NCBI RefSeq assembly: GCF_021869535.1
Contig: NW_026262604.1
Location: 1,054,001-1,118,000, forward strand
Origin: Mytilus californianus
Lineage: Eukaryota
Length of the DNA stretch: 64,000 nt
Reading direction: 5' to 3'
Part shown: piece by piece, positions 61,502 through 64,000 of the stretch
Position numbering within the stretch: position 1 is the stretch's first letter
Layout: each line of letters begins with the position of its first letter
The notes under the pieces: model-generated
What the model saw: the letters and a program-made list of their open reading frames with translations, nothing else
What the model was told of the DNA's origin: nothing
Databases searched by the model: none
Program-made: the position numbers and the translations under genes

Positions 61502-62607
61502 AAACATGTACAGTTACAGTAAATATGACAAGACTTTCAATGCAGGTTTAGTATACAGGTGTGTTGATAAATAAAAGATCCTCAAATCATGACATAATGT
61601 CAGAACAATAGATAAGAACTCTGACCTTTATCTATACTGGTACACAATGGTGGACTGTTCCTACACTTTGACAACGTTTGGTAAATCTTTTCGTCTTAAA
61701 CTGACCTTTCCTTTTATCATTACTTCTATTTTAATGTTACTAATTCCTGTCCGCGAAATTAATGTTTTTTTGTTTGTTTGCAGATCTTTACTGCAGATAT
61801 TGTTTTGTTTTGGATAGAGAATATGGTGTTTTCCATTTGAAATAATTTGGTCACATAGCATTTATTTTTAGCATCAATCAATATCACGTGGTTTGTCCCA
61901 TTTCATCGGCCTTGATCGTAAAAAATGCACTTTAAATGAATTCCCAATTCTTTTTTTCGGTAACATACGTTTTAACCTGTAAACTATATGAACCTGGTAT
62001 TTAGGCTTTTGAACTAGACCCACTTTAGAACTACGGCCTTTTTGATATTACTGATAAACTTGAAATCAAGGCCATATTTGGCCAAAGTGAACCCTGTCCT
62101 TTATTTTGATCACATTGCGAACAAGTTTTTCTGCTGCAATTGCAAATAAACAAAACATTTTTTTTTGTCCTGTCAAAAAAAAAATTAAAATAAGATAAAT
62201 GAAAGATGAAGAAGGGTCACTTACAAAAATTTAAGCTCTTTTGTGACATTTTCATTGTAACTGTGACGTCATAAACATATCATATAACCAACAAACCATT
62301 TTTCAAAAATGTGTACCCACTTACTACAACATAATTACCCGCTTTTTAGTGGGTTTCGTGTTGTTTGGTTTTCTATGTTTTGTTTTGTCTTTTTCTTTTT
62401 TTAGCCATGGCGTTGTCATTTTATTTTCGACTTCTGGGTTTGAATTTTCCTTTGGTATCTTTCGCCTCTCTCTCTTCTGTATCAACGTATAAACGGAAAA
62501 AGATCTTTGATTTTGTGTCAGACAGTAATTCGTATTTTGATACTGACATGATTATTAGTACATTCTTAGTACAATTGTAGTTTGGTACATTTGTTATTAT
62601 CTATTCT

Positions 62608-62671
62608 ATGACCATTATTTCAGGTTGTTTAGTATTAGCCAGTATCCTAGGTCAACATTATGTAAGAGCAG
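62608..62671 (+). CDS. Candidate first coding exon of a downstream secreted or membrane protein: MTIISGCLVLASILGQHYVRA|G
   Basis: ATG 62608, hydrophobic core, V-x-A end, strong phase-1 donor GCAG|gtaaga; possible acceptor ending at 62580. Confidence 0.5.
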
Positions 62672-63677
62672 GTAAGAAAACTATAGGCCAACACGTACAT
62701 CATATAAATAGAGAATATCATATGGCTTTTTCAATATCTGCTCGAGGGATTATATTCGTTTAGGGTTGATACTATGTGTGATATTAAAAAAGCCATATCA
62801 TATACAATTTATCATATACCTCAAGTAGCTGTTTTTTTTATGTGACATGACGTTATACAGATTAGGGGTTTGATAAAGCCTTTGCAACAGTGAATAATAT
62901 CGATGACGTGACGTCATATATATTAAAGGTGTGATAAAGCCTTTGCAACCGTGACTGATATCGATATCATCACGGATGGCTGATACAGTACGATTGCCGT
63001 TGACCGTATTACACATACAATTTATCTGTATTTACTACTAAGTATATAATAAATACATTCATAGGCGGATTAAGAAGGAGACGGAAAGGGGCCCATTATC
63101 AAGCTACATATATAACTAAAGTCATATGAAACAAGTTTCTTTTAATTATAAAACATATTCAACTTTTTTTTTAAATTTTAAGTTTCATATGACTTTAATG
63201 CATATTTTTTTCAAGTCCAACTTCTGACATTGCCTTGTTGGTTACCACTCCCCCGTTTCCACAGATCCTGGATCTGAACCTGACGTTATTTATACATACA
63301 AAATCTAGTCCGCCATTTTATAACCGGATTTTCTGTTGAACGAGAGATAACTTTCATTACCTTACGTATATCTTATTTCAATGAGAATTATCATGTCGCC
63401 TGTGTATTTTTCTCTAAAATTACTTCTGGATAAACACGACAACTTTAAGTTATGTACTTTATAAGTGAAAATTATGACCTAATTTGGGTTTTGGCATAAC
63501 AAGCTATGTAACCTGAAGGCTGTTTATTTGGTTAATAATTCAAGCGAACAAATCATCTTTCTAAAATTGTAAACGTTGTTTTGTAAAAATAAGGAGATGT
63601 GGTATAATTATCAATGCGACAGATACCCACCAGAGACTAAAGGACGATGAGGTAGACATATAAATGGTACGGAATAA

Positions 63678-63911
63678 GGGAGCTACCATTTGATTTTTAT
63701 AGGGGGGGGGGGGGGGTGGGGGGCTAGGATGAAATTTGAAAAAAGGCAGGACAGGTGTTTTGAGTAAAACAAAAAAAAGGCAGGATGAGCAACATGGCAT
63801 AAAAAAAAGGTAGGATGACAATTTATGTAAAAAAAAGTCAGGATAAACTAATGAAAAAAAACGGCAGCACCCCCCCCCCCCCCCCCCTATAAAAATCAAA
63901 TGGTAACTTCC
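63678..63911. mobile_element. PIF/Harbinger- or Zator-type MITE with poly-G/poly-C arms
   Basis: TAA|GGGAGCTACCATTTGATTTTTATAGGGGG ... CCCCCTATAAAAATCAAATGGTAACTTCC|TAA. Confidence 0.8.
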
Positions 63912-64000
63912 TAATTTTACCCTTTACCTTCTGTTATTTTACTGATCGAGATATAAGCAAATGTAAGTACATCAACACAAACATATTTATCGGTGCCATA

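Noticed and set aside
61661-61861. Minus-strand 66-aa ORF, and a plus-strand acceptor at about 61782 as an alternative last exon
   Set aside because: No recognisable homology or linking exons, and the DTHD1-like death domain is already completed by exon 12.

Overview
AT-rich eukaryotic genomic DNA. The repeat families look like those of a bivalve mollusc, probably Mytilus (inferred from recalled repeat sequences, not a search). The main gene is on the + strand and assembles by hand into 12 coding exons (27009-56396, 3006 nt, 1001 aa, GT-AG introns with consistent phases). The protein has a long disordered/coiled-coil N-terminus followed by ZU5-ZU5-UPA-Death domains and best resembles DTHD1 (PIDD/ankyrin/UNC5 supramodule family). 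Weaker evidence suggests other + strand exons: a Cys-rich terminal exon at 4676-4781, a possible 3-exon small gene at 13.8-18.2 kb, and a signal-peptide exon at 62608-62671. The rest is dense with mobile and repeated DNA: tRNA-derived SINEs, 3' ends of Penelope-like retroelements, two degenerate hammerhead-ribozyme (retrozyme-like) copies, TTAA-flanked Kolobok-like MITEs, two MITE families with GAGGG termini and 6-bp TSDs, Helentron-type HINEs, and several tandem arrays with higher-order structure. No CRISPR array, rRNA gene or true tRNA gene was seen. Repeat boundaries are approximate unless exact TIR/TSD positions are given.
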